Part shown: positions 9,990 through 20,338 of the stretch, in pieces
Position numbering within the stretch: the stretch's first letter is position 1
Layout of the letters: the number at the start of each line of letters is the position of its first letter
NCBI GenBank assembly: GCA_964291415.2
Contig: OZ219920.1
Location: 768,001 to 832,000, forward strand
Source: Alphaproteobacteria bacterium
GTDB taxonomy: Bacteria > Pseudomonadota > Alphaproteobacteria > SP197
Reading direction: 5' to 3'
DNA length: 64,000 nucleotides
Made by a program: the position numbers and the translations under genes
Notes under the pieces: model-generated
The model's input: the letters and a program-made list of their open reading frames with translations, nothing else
Databases searched by the model: none
What the model was told of the DNA's origin: nothing

Positions 9990-10029
9990 AAAAAACAGGA
10001 CGGAAGGGGCTCATGGAACCCCTTCCGTC
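9990..10029 (-). terminator. Rho-independent terminator (first of a tandem pair), downstream of the peptide SBP
   Basis: 11-bp stem GACGGAAGGGG/CCCCTTCCGTC, then CTG and six U on the minus strand. Confidence 0.75.
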
Positions 10030-10044
10030 TGACATGTCGGTGCT

Positions 10045-11691
10045 TCAGGATTCCATCGCCTCGATCGCCAGTTCCTCGGCGAAAATGTAGGTGGTGGGAT
10101 GCATCCCGTAGCCCTTTACCCGTGAATTCTGGACGTTGTAGACGCCACGCCACACCGGCTGAACGATCGGTCCGTCCTCCTGCATGATCGTCTGCAGCTT
10201 GGCCATGACCTCGCGCCGTTCGTCGACGTCGAGGATACCCTCGGCCTCGGTGAGGAGCGCGTCGAACTCCGGATTGGCATAGTGGCTCTCGTTCCAGGGC
10301 ACTCCGGTCCGGTAGGCCAGTCCGAGCACCATGAAGCCCAGTGGACGGTGGGTCCATGAGGTGAAGCCGAAGGGAACCTTGTCCCAGACATCCCAGAACT
10401 GGTCGGACGGCATGAGGTTGATGGCGACGTTGATGTTCGCATCCTTCCACTGCTCGACCATGGTCTGGACCGCCAGGAGCTCCCATGCCGGGTCCTTCTT
10501 GCAGGCGATCTCGAGATCGAGACCATCGGCATGTCCGGCTTCGGCGAGCAGTTCCTTGGCCGCGGCCACATCCCGTCCCATCCACGCCAGTTCGGCATAC
10601 TCGGGATGAATGGACGAGACGTGGTGATGCTCGGCGGGAGACCCCACGCCGCGGTGAGCCGCCTCGAGAACCGACGGCGTGTCGACGGCAAGGCGCAACG
10701 CCGTGCGGACCCGGGGATCGTCGAACGGCGCCATGTCGACCTGGCCGCGAACCACTGCCGTCTGGGCCGTGGTCCGGGTATTGACCTGGATATCCGCCAT
10801 GGCCTTGTAGGCGTCGAGCTGAACGACGTCGCCGCCGTCAACGGCGTCGACCTGACCCGACGCGATGGCGCCGATGGCTGCCGACGGATCGTCGCCGAGG
10901 TCGATGAACTCGAGACGATCGAGGTAGGGGCCCTCGCGATGCCACGTCGCATTGCCGGCATTCTCGAGGATCGAGACCTCGCCGACCACGTGCTCGACAA
11001 GCTTGAACGCGCCGGTCCCGTTGGAGCCCACACCAAAGACCCCGTCTTCCGAAGGATCGATGATGAGAAGCGGATAGTGGAACAGGTGTTCCGGGATGGC
11101 GATGTTCTTGGCGCGCGTGTTGAGGCGGACGGTATGATCGTCCACGACCTCGACGGCGTCGTCGCGCCACATCATGCTGCCCTCATCGTTCATCATGTAG
11201 CCCTTCATGAGGCCGAGAACCGATGAGCCGGTTTCCGGGTCGAGAACCCGGCGCAGGTTCCACGCGGCATCCTCGGCCGTGAAGGCCCGGCCACTGTGCC
11301 ACATGATGCCTGGACGTATCCTGAGATCCCAGGTCAGGAGATCTTCCGACGCTTCCCAGCCCTCGAGAAGGTCGGGACGGGTCACATTGTCGGAGCCGGT
11401 GCGGGTGAGATAGCCGCAGACCTGGCGGGCGATGTTCGAGTCGATGACCCAGGAGAACGTATGCGGATTGTTGACGGTGTAGACACGCATGCCGAGGCGC
11501 ATGGTGCCGCCCGAGGGTTTGTCCTGAGCGACGGCGCGGGGCGCGAAGTCCTCGCCGCTGATGAGGCCCGCCGCCGCGTAGGCTGTCGAGGCGGACACAC
11601 CCAGCAGGGCCGAGTAGCGCACGAATTCCCGGCGCTCGAGCCGTCCTTCTGCAAGCTGCTCCTGCAGCTTGCTGTAGTAGGGGTGTACCAT
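10045..11691 (-). CDS. Peptide/nickel (family 5) ABC substrate-binding protein, Tat-exported
   Basis: ERREFVRYSALLG Tat leader, PDLLEGWEASED, FTAEDAAWNLRR, GTGAFKL, PFDDPRVR; start taken at MVHPYY. Confidence 0.9.
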   Translation of the reverse strand: MVHPYYSKLQEQLAEGRLERREFVRYSALLGVSASTAYAAAGLISGEDFAPRAVAQDKPSGGTMRLGMRVYTVNNPHTFSWVIDSNIARQVCGYLTRTGSDNVTRPDLLEGWEASEDLLTWDLRIRPGIMWHSGRAFTAEDAAWNLRRVLDPETGSSVLGLMKGYMMNDEGSMMWRDDAVEVVDDHTVRLNTRAKNIAIPEHLFHYPLLIIDPSEDGVFGVGSNGTGAFKLVEHVVGEVSILENAGNATWHREGPYLDRLEFIDLGDDPSAAIGAIASGQVDAVDGGDVVQLDAYKAMADIQVNTRTTAQTAVVRGQVDMAPFDDPRVRTALRLAVDTPSVLEAAHRGVGSPAEHHHVSSIHPEYAELAWMGRDVAAAKELLAEAGHADGLDLEIACKKDPAWELLAVQTMVEQWKDANINVAINLMPSDQFWDVWDKVPFGFTSWTHRPLGFMVLGLAYRTGVPWNESHYANPEFDALLTEAEGILDVDERREVMAKLQTIMQEDGPIVQPVWRGVYNVQNSRVKGYGMHPTTYIFAEELAIEAMES

Positions 11692-11873
11692 GATGGTCGA
11701 TCCTTCCCTGTGATTGATCCATTGGCGCTCCGGCATATTGCCGGAGTCGTTGCATGGACCCATAGTTTTTGTGTTGCCCCGTCATGTCAACCCAAAACCC
11801 TTGCAAGCGGAGCACGTGATGGTGAATGGTGCCGCGTCGGTAGTCCTGTGACGGCTCAGGGAGGAGAGGTGGC

Positions 11874-12944
11874 GTGACGATGGGACTCCCGGCCATTGTT
11901 CTCTGGGCTGCGGTGACCGGATTCTCGCTGTGGCTTGTGGTGGAGGGCCGTGCGCTCATCCTCCCCTTCGTCGTCGCTGTCGTCCTGTGGTATCTCATCG
12001 CCACGTTGAGACAGGTCTACGCCCGTGTGCGGGGCGCGCCCGGGTGGCTGACTCTCCTTCTCGCCGTTGCCACGGTGGTCGCCCTCGTCGCCGTGCTGGT
12101 CGAACTGACGCTCGCCAATGTCAACGCCGTGGTGGATGCGGCGCCCTTCTACCAGGCCAATCTCGTGCAGCACTTTGGCAACGCCGCCGCCTTCTTCGGC
12201 GTTGCCGAACTGCCGACCATCGGCGAAATCCGCAATCGCGTCGATCTGGCCGGTCTCGTGACGTCCCTTGCTTCCGGCATGGCAACGTTCGTCGGCAATG
12301 TCGGCATCGTCCTTGTCTACCTCGCCTTCCTGCTGGTGGAACAGGGACACGCTGGCTCCAAGCTCGACGCGCTGCTCGGCGGCAATGCCGGCAGAATCGC
12401 CCGCGTGCGCCAGGTCATCTCCAGGATCAACGCCGATATCCGCACCTACCTGTGGGTCAAGACCCTGCTGTCCGTCGTCACCGGCGCCCTCTCGTGGATC
12501 GTCATGAAGGCTGTCGGGGTGGATCTGGCGGAGTTCTGGGCTGTGCTGATCTTCTTCCTGAACTTCATTCCGACCATCGGCTCGATTCTCGGGATCGTGT
12601 TTCCGGCCCTGCTGACCCTGGCGCAGTTCGCCGAACCCCTGGCGCCCTTCGTCATGGTGACCGCCCTGCTGGGAGTCACGCAGATCGTCACGGGCAATGT
12701 CATCGAGCCCCGGATGATGGGGCGCACGCTCAAGCTCAGTCCGCTGGTGATCCTCCTGTCGCTGGCCCTGTGGGGCAGCCTGTGGGGCGTCATCGGCATG
12801 TTCCTCAGTGTGCCGATCACGGTCATCGCCCTCATCGTCTTTGCCCAGTTCCGGCAGACGCGTCCGATCGCTATCCTGCTGTCCGACGATGGCAACATCG
12901 CCCACCTCGATGACGACAATGGCGAAGGGGGACATCCGGAATGA
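11874..12944 (+). CDS. AI-2E family transporter
   Basis: Multiple TM segments, FFLNFIPTIGS, GNVIEPRMMGRTLKLSP, WGSLWGVIGMFLSVP. Confidence 0.9.
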   Translation: MTMGLPAIVLWAAVTGFSLWLVVEGRALILPFVVAVVLWYLIATLRQVYARVRGAPGWLTLLLAVATVVALVAVLVELTLANVNAVVDAAPFYQANLVQHFGNAAAFFGVAELPTIGEIRNRVDLAGLVTSLASGMATFVGNVGIVLVYLAFLLVEQGHAGSKLDALLGGNAGRIARVRQVISRINADIRTYLWVKTLLSVVTGALSWIVMKAVGVDLAEFWAVLIFFLNFIPTIGSILGIVFPALLTLAQFAEPLAPFVMVTALLGVTQIVTGNVIEPRMMGRTLKLSPLVILLSLALWGSLWGVIGMFLSVPITVIALIVFAQFRQTRPIAILLSDDGNIAHLDDDNGEGGHPE

Positions 12945-13603
12945 GTCGCAAGAATGCGGGCCTTGCCGACGATCTCTACGACTACATGGTGCGAACCACC
13001 GTACGTGACGACGACATCCTGCGCCGCCTGCGCGAGGAGACCCTGGAGACAGGCTGGGGCATGATGCAGATTGCGCCGGACCAGGGGCAGTTCATGGCCC
13101 TCCTGACGCGCCTGACGGGGGCCCGTCGGGCACTGGAGGTCGGTGTCTTCACCGGTTACAGCAGCCTTTGTGTCGCGCGGGCCCTGGGGGAGGGAGGGTC
13201 GCTCGTCGCTCTCGATGTCAGCGAGGAATGGACAGCGATCGCCCGCCGCTACTGGGCCGAGGCGGGTGTGGCGGACCGCATTGACCTGCGACTGGCGCCG
13301 GCCGTGGAGAGCCTCGAAAGACTGGTTGAAGAAGGCCAGGCGGGGTCATTCGACATCGCCTTCATCGATGCCGACAAGGAGAACTACGACACCTACTACG
13401 AGCGTGCCCTTGTCCTCGTTCGCCCGGGGGGACTGATCCTCATCGACAATGTCCTGTGGGGCGGCGCCGTGATCGATGACAGCGATCAGTCAGCGGACAC
13501 CCGTGCAATTCGCGCCATCAACGAAAAGGTGGGCGGCGACGATCGGGTCGACATGGCCATGGTGCCGACGGGAGACGGCCTCACCATCGCCAGGAAGCGC
13601 TGA
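12941..13603 (+). CDS. Class I SAM-dependent O-methyltransferase (caffeoyl-CoA/catechol OMT family)
   Basis: LEVGVFTGYS, FDIAFIDADK, IDNVLWGG, GDGLT. Confidence 0.92.
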   Translation: MSRKNAGLADDLYDYMVRTTVRDDDILRRLREETLETGWGMMQIAPDQGQFMALLTRLTGARRALEVGVFTGYSSLCVARALGEGGSLVALDVSEEWTAIARRYWAEAGVADRIDLRLAPAVESLERLVEEGQAGSFDIAFIDADKENYDTYYERALVLVRPGGLILIDNVLWGGAVIDDSDQSADTRAIRAINEKVGGDDRVDMAMVPTGDGLTIARKR

Positions 13604-13651
13604 AACGGGGACGTGAGGCGGCAATCGCGTGATGATCCGTCCCGGCGCCGG

Positions 13652-14653
13652 TCAGGCATAGGGCAGCGCAGTCCCCACACCGAGTTGTTCGGCCTTGGCG
13701 AGCATGGCCCAGGCGAGTGCGATGTCGGAGGTCGAGAGACCCCGGTGCCAGAAGAGTATTCTCTCGCTGTCGCTTTCCCTGCCGCCCGTGAGTCCGGCGC
13801 AGATGGCGCCGATCTCGGCGTGGATGGTGTCGGCGGTGATGCGGCCTGAGTCGACATGGCGGCGCAGACAGCCGAAGGGGCCAACCAGACACTGCTGCCA
13901 GTGATCGACGACAATCTTGTCCATGACGTCGGCAAGGTCATCCTCGACGGCGCTGATGGTGCCGTAGGGGATGACAAGCGCTCCCGGCTCCACCCATGCG
14001 GTCTTCAGGAGAGGCTGCGGCGTGTCAAGCCGGGAGGCCTCCACCAGGATATCGGCGCCCTCGAGGCAGCTTTGCCAGTCCTCGGTGACGATGACGGGCT
14101 TGCCGAGATCCCGGGTCAGCCGCTCGCCGAAGGCTTCGCGGCTCTCCGGCCGCCTCGAGTGCACGCGGATCTCCGCAAAGTCGAACAGGTGATCGAGCAG
14201 GCGGACGTTCCAGTAGGAACTCCCCCTGGCGCCGATATGACCCAGCCTGCGCGGGTTTGAACGGGCCAGATACTTGGCGCCGAGCGCCGTCAGGGCGCCG
14301 GTGCGCATGTCCGTGATCGCCGTGCCGTCGACGAGCGCCCGCGGCATGCCGGTCCTGGCATCGAACAGGTTGACGAGGGCCATTTCCGAGGGCAGTCCCT
14401 TGCGGTAGTTGTCGATGTAGTCGCCAACCACCTTCACGCCGGCAATGCCGATGGGCGCAATGTAGCCGCGCAGCACGTTGAAGTGGCCGCGGAAGGACTC
14501 GTCTGCCACGAGATGCATGCGTGGCTCGATGACGGTTTCGCCGCGCCCCTGTGCCGCCAGGCTGTCCTCGATGGCATCGAGAATCTCGCCGGGAGTCATC
14601 TCCAGCGCGGCGACATCGGCACCGTTGAGGTAGCTGATTTCAATACGTGGCAC
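13652..14653 (-). CDS. Ornithine cyclodeaminase / mu-crystallin family protein
   Basis: GVKVVGD, ITDMRTGA, HIGARG, FWHRGLSTSDIA. Confidence 0.88.
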   Translation of the reverse strand: MPRIEISYLNGADVAALEMTPGEILDAIEDSLAAQGRGETVIEPRMHLVADESFRGHFNVLRGYIAPIGIAGVKVVGDYIDNYRKGLPSEMALVNLFDARTGMPRALVDGTAITDMRTGALTALGAKYLARSNPRRLGHIGARGSSYWNVRLLDHLFDFAEIRVHSRRPESREAFGERLTRDLGKPVIVTEDWQSCLEGADILVEASRLDTPQPLLKTAWVEPGALVIPYGTISAVEDDLADVMDKIVVDHWQQCLVGPFGCLRRHVDSGRITADTIHAEIGAICAGLTGGRESDSERILFWHRGLSTSDIALAWAMLAKAEQLGVGTALPYA

Positions 14654-15929
14654 GGTTCACTCTCCCGGTGTCCGGTTGAAGCAGGATCATGGCTGCATTC
14701 TCGAGGGCGGTCACGAGTTCGTCGCTGACCACTCCGTCGGCCTCGATGCCGTTGCCTGTCTGAAACGCCTTGACGGAGGCCCTCGTCATGGGTCCGGCAA
14801 TGTTGTCGACAGCTCCGTCGAGATAGCCCAGCAACACGAGGTAGCGCTGGGCCGCGACGACAGGAGCGCCCAGCGCCCCGGGAAGAGGCAGGCGAATGTG
14901 CGTCTCCTCCGTCGGCGTTCCCGGGAGGTTGCTCGCGCGCAGACTGGCGCGGCGATGTTCCCTCCAATCCAGGACGCTCGCCAGGCTGTCCATGAGTTCC
15001 CGCGCCACCCTGCGGGCGTCTCTGTCATCGCCACGGGCGGCCGCCACCAGCCAGGCATAGGCCTCGACCGGATTTCGTTCGATGCCCGTGCCATTGGCAA
15101 GGCAGGTAGCGAAGCTGATCTGGCCGAAGGCATGGCCGGACCGTGCCGCGGCTTCATAGGCAGCGGCGGCGCCCGCCAGGTCAACCGGTGTGCCGCGGCC
15201 GTACTGGAGCATGATGCCGAGATTGTTCTGGGCAACCGCCAGCCCCTTGTCGGCGGCCCGGCGATAGAGGGCGACGGCCCTTTCCGGGTCACGCGCAACG
15301 CCCAGTCCCAGTTCATACATGTGGGCAAGGTTGTTGTCGGCTTGCGCGAGTCCGGCCGCGGACGCCTGGTGGTACCAGGCGAGGGCCCGTTCGAGGCTGG
15401 CCCTGTTGCCGGTGTCGGCCGCGGAGAGTCGAGCCAGGCTATACTGTGCCTCCGGCAGGCCCTGGCGGGCAGCACGATGATACCAGTGGATGGCGAGATT
15501 GGGTTGCGGAGCACCATCGACGCCCCGCTCGTAGAGGCTTGCGAGGCTTTGCTGGGCGCGTGGAAAATCAAGGTTGGCGGCGCGCGAGAGAAGATCGACG
15601 GCCGCGGTCGTATCCGGAGACTCCGCCTTGAGCATATGATGGGAGAGAGCGACCAGCGCCACGGGCAAATTCCGGTGTGCCGCCTCGCTGTACCAGCCAA
15701 TGGCGCTCTCGATGTCGACGGCGCCGAGGAGTCCCGATTCATGAAGCCGGGCGAGGTAGTACTGCACGTCGACATCACCGTTGGCCGCACTCTCAACCCA
15801 GGCAGCGTGTGCATCCGCATAGCGCCGTTCTTCGACGGCCTGCCAGCCGGCAAGGAAACCGGAGTCCTCCGGCCAGGCGGGCACAGTCATGACCAGGACT
15901 GCTGCAAGAACGAGGCGGCTGATCGTCAT
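14640..15929 (-). CDS. Secreted Sel1-like repeat protein with C-terminal peptidoglycan-binding domain
   Basis: Signal peptide MTISRLVLAAVL. Repeated AQxxLAxLYxxGxG...AxxWYxxAA units. C-terminal AQRYLVLLGYLDGAVDNIAGPMTRASVKAFQ. Confidence 0.85.
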   Translation of the reverse strand: MTISRLVLAAVLVMTVPAWPEDSGFLAGWQAVEERRYADAHAAWVESAANGDVDVQYYLARLHESGLLGAVDIESAIGWYSEAAHRNLPVALVALSHHMLKAESPDTTAAVDLLSRAANLDFPRAQQSLASLYERGVDGAPQPNLAIHWYHRAARQGLPEAQYSLARLSAADTGNRASLERALAWYHQASAAGLAQADNNLAHMYELGLGVARDPERAVALYRRAADKGLAVAQNNLGIMLQYGRGTPVDLAGAAAAYEAAARSGHAFGQISFATCLANGTGIERNPVEAYAWLVAAARGDDRDARRVARELMDSLASVLDWREHRRASLRASNLPGTPTEETHIRLPLPGALGAPVVAAQRYLVLLGYLDGAVDNIAGPMTRASVKAFQTGNGIEADGVVSDELVTALENAAMILLQPDTGRVNRATY

Positions 15930-15952
15930 GGCCCGAGTATAGGCGCCGCACC

Positions 15953-16567
15953 GTGCTGATCGAACCCGGAAGGTTTGCCCGCACCTGGTGGCAAGCCACG
16001 GAAACACTGTGCCGTCGCGATCCCCGTCTCGGCGCTGTCATCGAACGCTACCCCGGCGAACGTCTTGAACCGCATGGCGATCTCTTCCGTTCCCTGATGC
16101 GCGCCATTGTCGGGCAGCAGATCTCCGTCATCGCCTCCGAGCGGATCTGGGATCGGCTGACCCGGAACCTCGCGGCCGTCACGCCCCGGGACGTCGCCCG
16201 GGTGGATGCCGCCACCATGCGGGGCTGCGGCCTCACCAACAACAAGGCCCGCAGCATTGCCACTGCCGCCAGTGTAATGGCCACTTGGGAGGGCACCCCG
16301 TCGGAGTCGGGGGAGATCCGACAGCAATTGCTGGCCCTCAGGGGAGTCGGTCCCTGGACCGTCGACATGGTCCTGATCTTCGCAGCGGGCGACCTTGATG
16401 TCCTGCCGGTGGCAGACATCGGCCTGCAGCGGGCCGTGGCCGCCGTCTACGGCTGCCCGCGCTCGCCGGATGCGGTGAGATCCCGCGCAACGGCCTGGCA
16501 TCCATGGCGTACCGTGGCAACCTGGTATCTCTGGCGCGATCTCGATCCTCTCCCGGTCGCCTATTGA
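15953..16567 (+). CDS. DNA-3-methyladenine glycosylase II (AlkA/HhH-GPD family)
   Basis: RAIVGQQIS, LRGVGPWT, DVLPVADIG, WHPWRTVATWYLW. Confidence 0.9.
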   Translation: MLIEPGRFARTWWQATETLCRRDPRLGAVIERYPGERLEPHGDLFRSLMRAIVGQQISVIASERIWDRLTRNLAAVTPRDVARVDAATMRGCGLTNNKARSIATAASVMATWEGTPSESGEIRQQLLALRGVGPWTVDMVLIFAAGDLDVLPVADIGLQRAVAAVYGCPRSPDAVRSRATAWHPWRTVATWYLWRDLDPLPVAY

Positions 16568-16632
16568 ACGACGGTGGATTGCCGGTTGACCAGCAAGCAT
16601 CATGACCGCACGGAACCGGGGGGAGATTCGGC

Positions 16633-17433
16633 ATGACGAGGCACGTCGCGATTGTGACCGGCTCGGCAACGGGGATTGGACGCGCCATCGCCCTGGGTCT
16701 GGCGGCGCGGGGCTGGGGCCTGGTGCTCAACTACACGACCAGCGAACGCGAGATGGCCGAAACCGAGGCGGCATGCCGCGAGGCCGGGGGCGATACCGTC
16801 ATCGTCAGGGGCGATGTGGCAGAGGACGCTCTGTGCCGCGAGCTCGTGCGGGCGGCCGCATGCCGCTGGAACCGCCTTGACGGCCTGGTCAGCAATGCCG
16901 GCGTGACCAAGTTCGTGGAGGCCGGAGATCTCGACGGCCTGGATCACGGCGACTTCGAGCGCATCCTCCGGGTCAACCTGGTCGCCTGCTGGCAGCTGGC
17001 GCGGGCCTCGGCGGACCTGATGCGCGGCACGGGCTCAGGCTCGATCGTCGCCATCTCGTCGCTGTCCGCCTTCACGGGGGCTGGAAGCAGCGCCGCCTAT
17101 GCCGCCTCCAAGGCGGCGCTCAACACCCTCGTGCTCTCCCTTGCCCGTGTCCTGGCGCCCGAGATCCGGGTCAATGCCCTGTGCCCTGGCTACGTCGATA
17201 CCCGCTGGTCGCGGCGGCGCATCGGAGAGGAACGCTACGCCGAATTCAGGGACAGCCTGAATGCGACCCTGCCCCTGAAGAAGATGGTCAACGCGGACGA
17301 CGTCGCCGACGCCGCCATATGGCTCCTGGCGGCGGCGCGCGCCGTCACCGGACAGGCCATCATCGTGGATGCCGGAGAGCACCTGCTGACCGGCCCCAAC
17401 GTGATGAGCGCGCCGTCCTCCGGTGATGTCTGA
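16633..17433 (+). CDS. Short-chain dehydrogenase/reductase
   Basis: TGSATGIG, SNAG, YAASK, VNALCPG. Confidence 0.9.
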   Translation: MTRHVAIVTGSATGIGRAIALGLAARGWGLVLNYTTSEREMAETEAACREAGGDTVIVRGDVAEDALCRELVRAAACRWNRLDGLVSNAGVTKFVEAGDLDGLDHGDFERILRVNLVACWQLARASADLMRGTGSGSIVAISSLSAFTGAGSSAAYAASKAALNTLVLSLARVLAPEIRVNALCPGYVDTRWSRRRIGEERYAEFRDSLNATLPLKKMVNADDVADAAIWLLAAARAVTGQAIIVDAGEHLLTGPNVMSAPSSGDV

Positions 17434-17541
17434 CCGGCCCGGCAATCGGCATCCGGACTGGAGATTCATGACATGGACAATGCCCGCGGAGGCGGCATCC
17501 GGAATGTTCCCGACATTCCTGACGCTGCGTCTGCCGGGCCA

Positions 17542-18987
17542 TCAGTCCGGATAGGCGCCCGGTTTGGAGGACCAGATCATGTAGGCCTCCCGCTGATCGT
17601 CGATGCCGATCTCATCGGTGATCTCGTTCCACTCTGCGGCCGCATGATCGAGAGCGGTGCGTGCATCCCGACCCGACAGCGCCGCCACGATGGCACGGGT
17701 CAGGGATTCCTCGTAGGCGAAGGTGCCGATGATCGAGAGATCGAAGAGGCCGGTCTCCGCCGCCTCTTCGAGTGCGGCAAGGTAATCTCCGGCCGCCGGC
17801 CACAGCGCCTCGTATTCGTCGCTGTTGAAGTGGGAGGTGCGGAAGGGATCGCGCAGTGCGAACGGCAGCGTGACCCGGGCAACGCTGACCTCCCGGCTGT
17901 TGAGCCACTGCGCAAAGAGGTAGGCGAGCTCCTTGTTCCTTGAATTCGACGACACGCACAGTGCGTACCCGGCAGCAAGTTCGGGATGCCCGCCAGGTGG
18001 CAGCGCATAGCCGACATTGCCGGCAATGGTCGTTTCGGGAAGCCAGGAGAGTTCCTCCGCATCGGCGCCGTATCCCGCCGACCAGCGGCCGGGCGGCGGC
18101 CACCAGATCTGCATCGCGAGCTCTCCGGCCAGCCAGGCATTGAGAACCTCGATGGGACCCCAGCCGGCCGCTCCGGGGGGCATGTTGTCGAGCTGGCGCA
18201 CCATGTCCTCGAGAACGGCGACAGCGATGTCGCTGTTGATCTGCGCGTCCATGGTTTCCGGATCGAAGAATCGCCCGCCGGCGGTTCTCAGCCGCATCTC
18301 GTAGAGGTAGTGCACGAGGCCCGGCGAGAGGATCAGTGCCGATCCATAGAGATCACCGTCTCCGGAGTCGGTAAAGAACTTCGAGATGTCGTAGAACTCG
18401 TCCCACGTCGTCGGAGGCGCCAGGTCGTACCCATAGGCGTCGCGGAAGGCCGCCCGGTTCGCCTTGTCGCCAAAGAGATCGGTCCGGTAGTAGAGCAGGA
18501 AGACGTCGCCGTCATCGGGCAGACCATAGATCTGGTCGCCGTAGGTGATCTGGTTGTTGCGGTACGCCGGCGCGATGTCGTCAAGCTCGTCGCGATAGCC
18601 GTAACTGTCGACGTAGGAGTCGAGGGGTTCGAGCACTCCGGCCCTGACCATGTCGGGCATCCAGGCCGGAACGACGCTGAGCATGTCGTAGGCCCCGGTC
18701 CCGGCGCGGTGTTCGGCGAGGGTCCTGGTGAAGAGCTCGTTGATCGGGATCTCGACGACATTGATCTTGACCCCGGTCAGTTGCTCCCAGACCGGGCCCG
18801 AGTGAATGAGAGGATCAAGGGCCTGAGGACCTGCCTCCCAGGTGATGTTGAGAGTTTCACCGGCATACTGCCTGGCCGCCTCGACCGCCCGGTCCGCCGC
18901 ATTCTCGGCTACAGCGGTTCCGGTTGCTGCCGCGAGGGCAAGGCCAAAAGCGACTCCCTGCAGGCCTCGGCTTCCCGGTACTGTCAT
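17542..18987 (-). CDS. Carbohydrate (family 1) ABC substrate-binding protein, orphan
   Basis: Signal peptide; WEQLTGVKINVVE, GLPDDGDVFLLYYRTDLF, PPTTWDEF. Confidence 0.85.
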   Translation of the reverse strand: MTVPGSRGLQGVAFGLALAAATGTAVAENAADRAVEAARQYAGETLNITWEAGPQALDPLIHSGPVWEQLTGVKINVVEIPINELFTRTLAEHRAGTGAYDMLSVVPAWMPDMVRAGVLEPLDSYVDSYGYRDELDDIAPAYRNNQITYGDQIYGLPDDGDVFLLYYRTDLFGDKANRAAFRDAYGYDLAPPTTWDEFYDISKFFTDSGDGDLYGSALILSPGLVHYLYEMRLRTAGGRFFDPETMDAQINSDIAVAVLEDMVRQLDNMPPGAAGWGPIEVLNAWLAGELAMQIWWPPPGRWSAGYGADAEELSWLPETTIAGNVGYALPPGGHPELAAGYALCVSSNSRNKELAYLFAQWLNSREVSVARVTLPFALRDPFRTSHFNSDEYEALWPAAGDYLAALEEAAETGLFDLSIIGTFAYEESLTRAIVAALSGRDARTALDHAAAEWNEITDEIGIDDQREAYMIWSSKPGAYPD

Positions 18988-19174
18988 GTTGTTCGCCTCC
19001 TCGACTGACGCACATTCAGCCCTGCGTTCCGGGCAGGAATGTGTCGGCGAGTTCAGTCATCGAACCGCACCACGCAGAACGAGAGGAGGCGCCTCCAGGT
19101 CCCGCGGCGTGTCGCGGCCCATGATCTGCGTCCCGGTTCCGGCAACGTCGGATCGCAGCATGGCCGGGCCGGCG

Positions 19175-20338
19175 TCAACACGTTCCCGAGTGGCCCGTCA
19201 GCCCGGTTCCGTCGCGGGTCTCGCGGACGACATGATCGACGACGGCACGGAAGGCGTCCATGTGATCCATTCCCTCCAGTCGGCACAGCCGCCAGAGATC
19301 GACCTGGCGGTCGGCGCTGTTGCCTTCGTCGATGATGGCGGTGGCCCGGCGGACCTCGTCTTCGCAGTCGAGGGCACGGGCGTCATCAGAGATATCGTCG
19401 ATGAGAGCGCGGGTCGCGTCGGCGATGTCCAGCCGGCCCTGGGCGGCCTCGATGTCGCCGAAGAAGGCCAGCACTCCGTAGCGCTGGGCAATCCAGCGAT
19501 TCTCGGAGATGATTTCGGTCAGCGGTTCGGCGGGAAGCGTTCCCTCGCGGGTCTGTCGCAGCAGACGCCGCACGAGGGATGCGTAGAGTGCGGCGATGGT
19601 GACGGCATCCTCGATCCGCGTGCACACATCGCAGATGCGCATCTCGATGGTCGGATAGGCATGGGAAGGGCGGATGTCCCACCACAGCTCGCTGCCGTCG
19701 CTGATGAAGCCCATGTTCCGGTATTCGTCGAGGAGGTTCTCGTAGTCCTCGTCCGACCACAGCGGGGCGGGAATGCCGACGCGTGGCAGGCCGCTGAAGA
19801 GGGCGAGGCGCCAGGAGCGGAATCCTGTCTCGTGGCCTTCGCTGAAAGGCGAGGAGGCGGACAACGCATGGAAGATGGGGAGATAGCGGCGCATTGCCGT
19901 CATCACGCTGATGCGCTCGTCGGCATTGCCAAACCCGGCATGGATGTGCATGCCTCCGACCAGCAGGCGGTTGAGCAGGACCTGGAGCGTGCCCGAAATT
20001 GTCCTGTAGCGGTCTTTCGGCGTCACCTCCGTGCGCGACCACTCCGCGAAGGGATGGGTGGACGAGGCCATGACCGCCGCCCCGTACCGTTCGGCTGTGT
20101 CGACGACCACGCGCCGTGTTTCCTTCAGCGCCTGGCGCAGTTCCGCCACGGATCCGCAGACCTTCGTGTTGGTCTCGATCTGCGTGCGCAGGGCCTCGCG
20201 CACCACGCGGTGCGGCCCTGCCGCTTCCTCGCAGTCAGCGAAGATGGCAGGGTCGGGATCGGCGAGCACGTCCCGCGTTCCGGGATCGACGAGAAAGAAC
20301 TCCTCCTCGATCCCGAGAGTGATGCCGGGTTCGGTCAT
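19175..20338 (-). CDS. Carboxylate-amine ligase (YbdK / glutamate-cysteine ligase family 2)
   Basis: TLGIEEEFFLVD, GMHIHAG, SASSPF, LWWDIRPS, TIEMRICD. Confidence 0.92.
   Translation of the reverse strand: MTEPGITLGIEEEFFLVDPGTRDVLADPDPAIFADCEEAAGPHRVVREALRTQIETNTKVCGSVAELRQALKETRRVVVDTAERYGAAVMASSTHPFAEWSRTEVTPKDRYRTISGTLQVLLNRLLVGGMHIHAGFGNADERISVMTAMRRYLPIFHALSASSPFSEGHETGFRSWRLALFSGLPRVGIPAPLWSDEDYENLLDEYRNMGFISDGSELWWDIRPSHAYPTIEMRICDVCTRIEDAVTIAALYASLVRRLLRQTREGTLPAEPLTEIISENRWIAQRYGVLAFFGDIEAAQGRLDIADATRALIDDISDDARALDCEDEVRRATAIIDEGNSADRQVDLWRLCRLEGMDHMDAFRAVVDHVVRETRDGTGLTGHSGTC

Noticed and set aside
11728-11746. Hairpin CTCCGGCA-TAT-TGCCGGAG upstream of the peptide SBP as a riboswitch
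   Set aside because: A single 8-bp stem with no recognisable aptamer consensus. It could be an operator, but that is unsupported.
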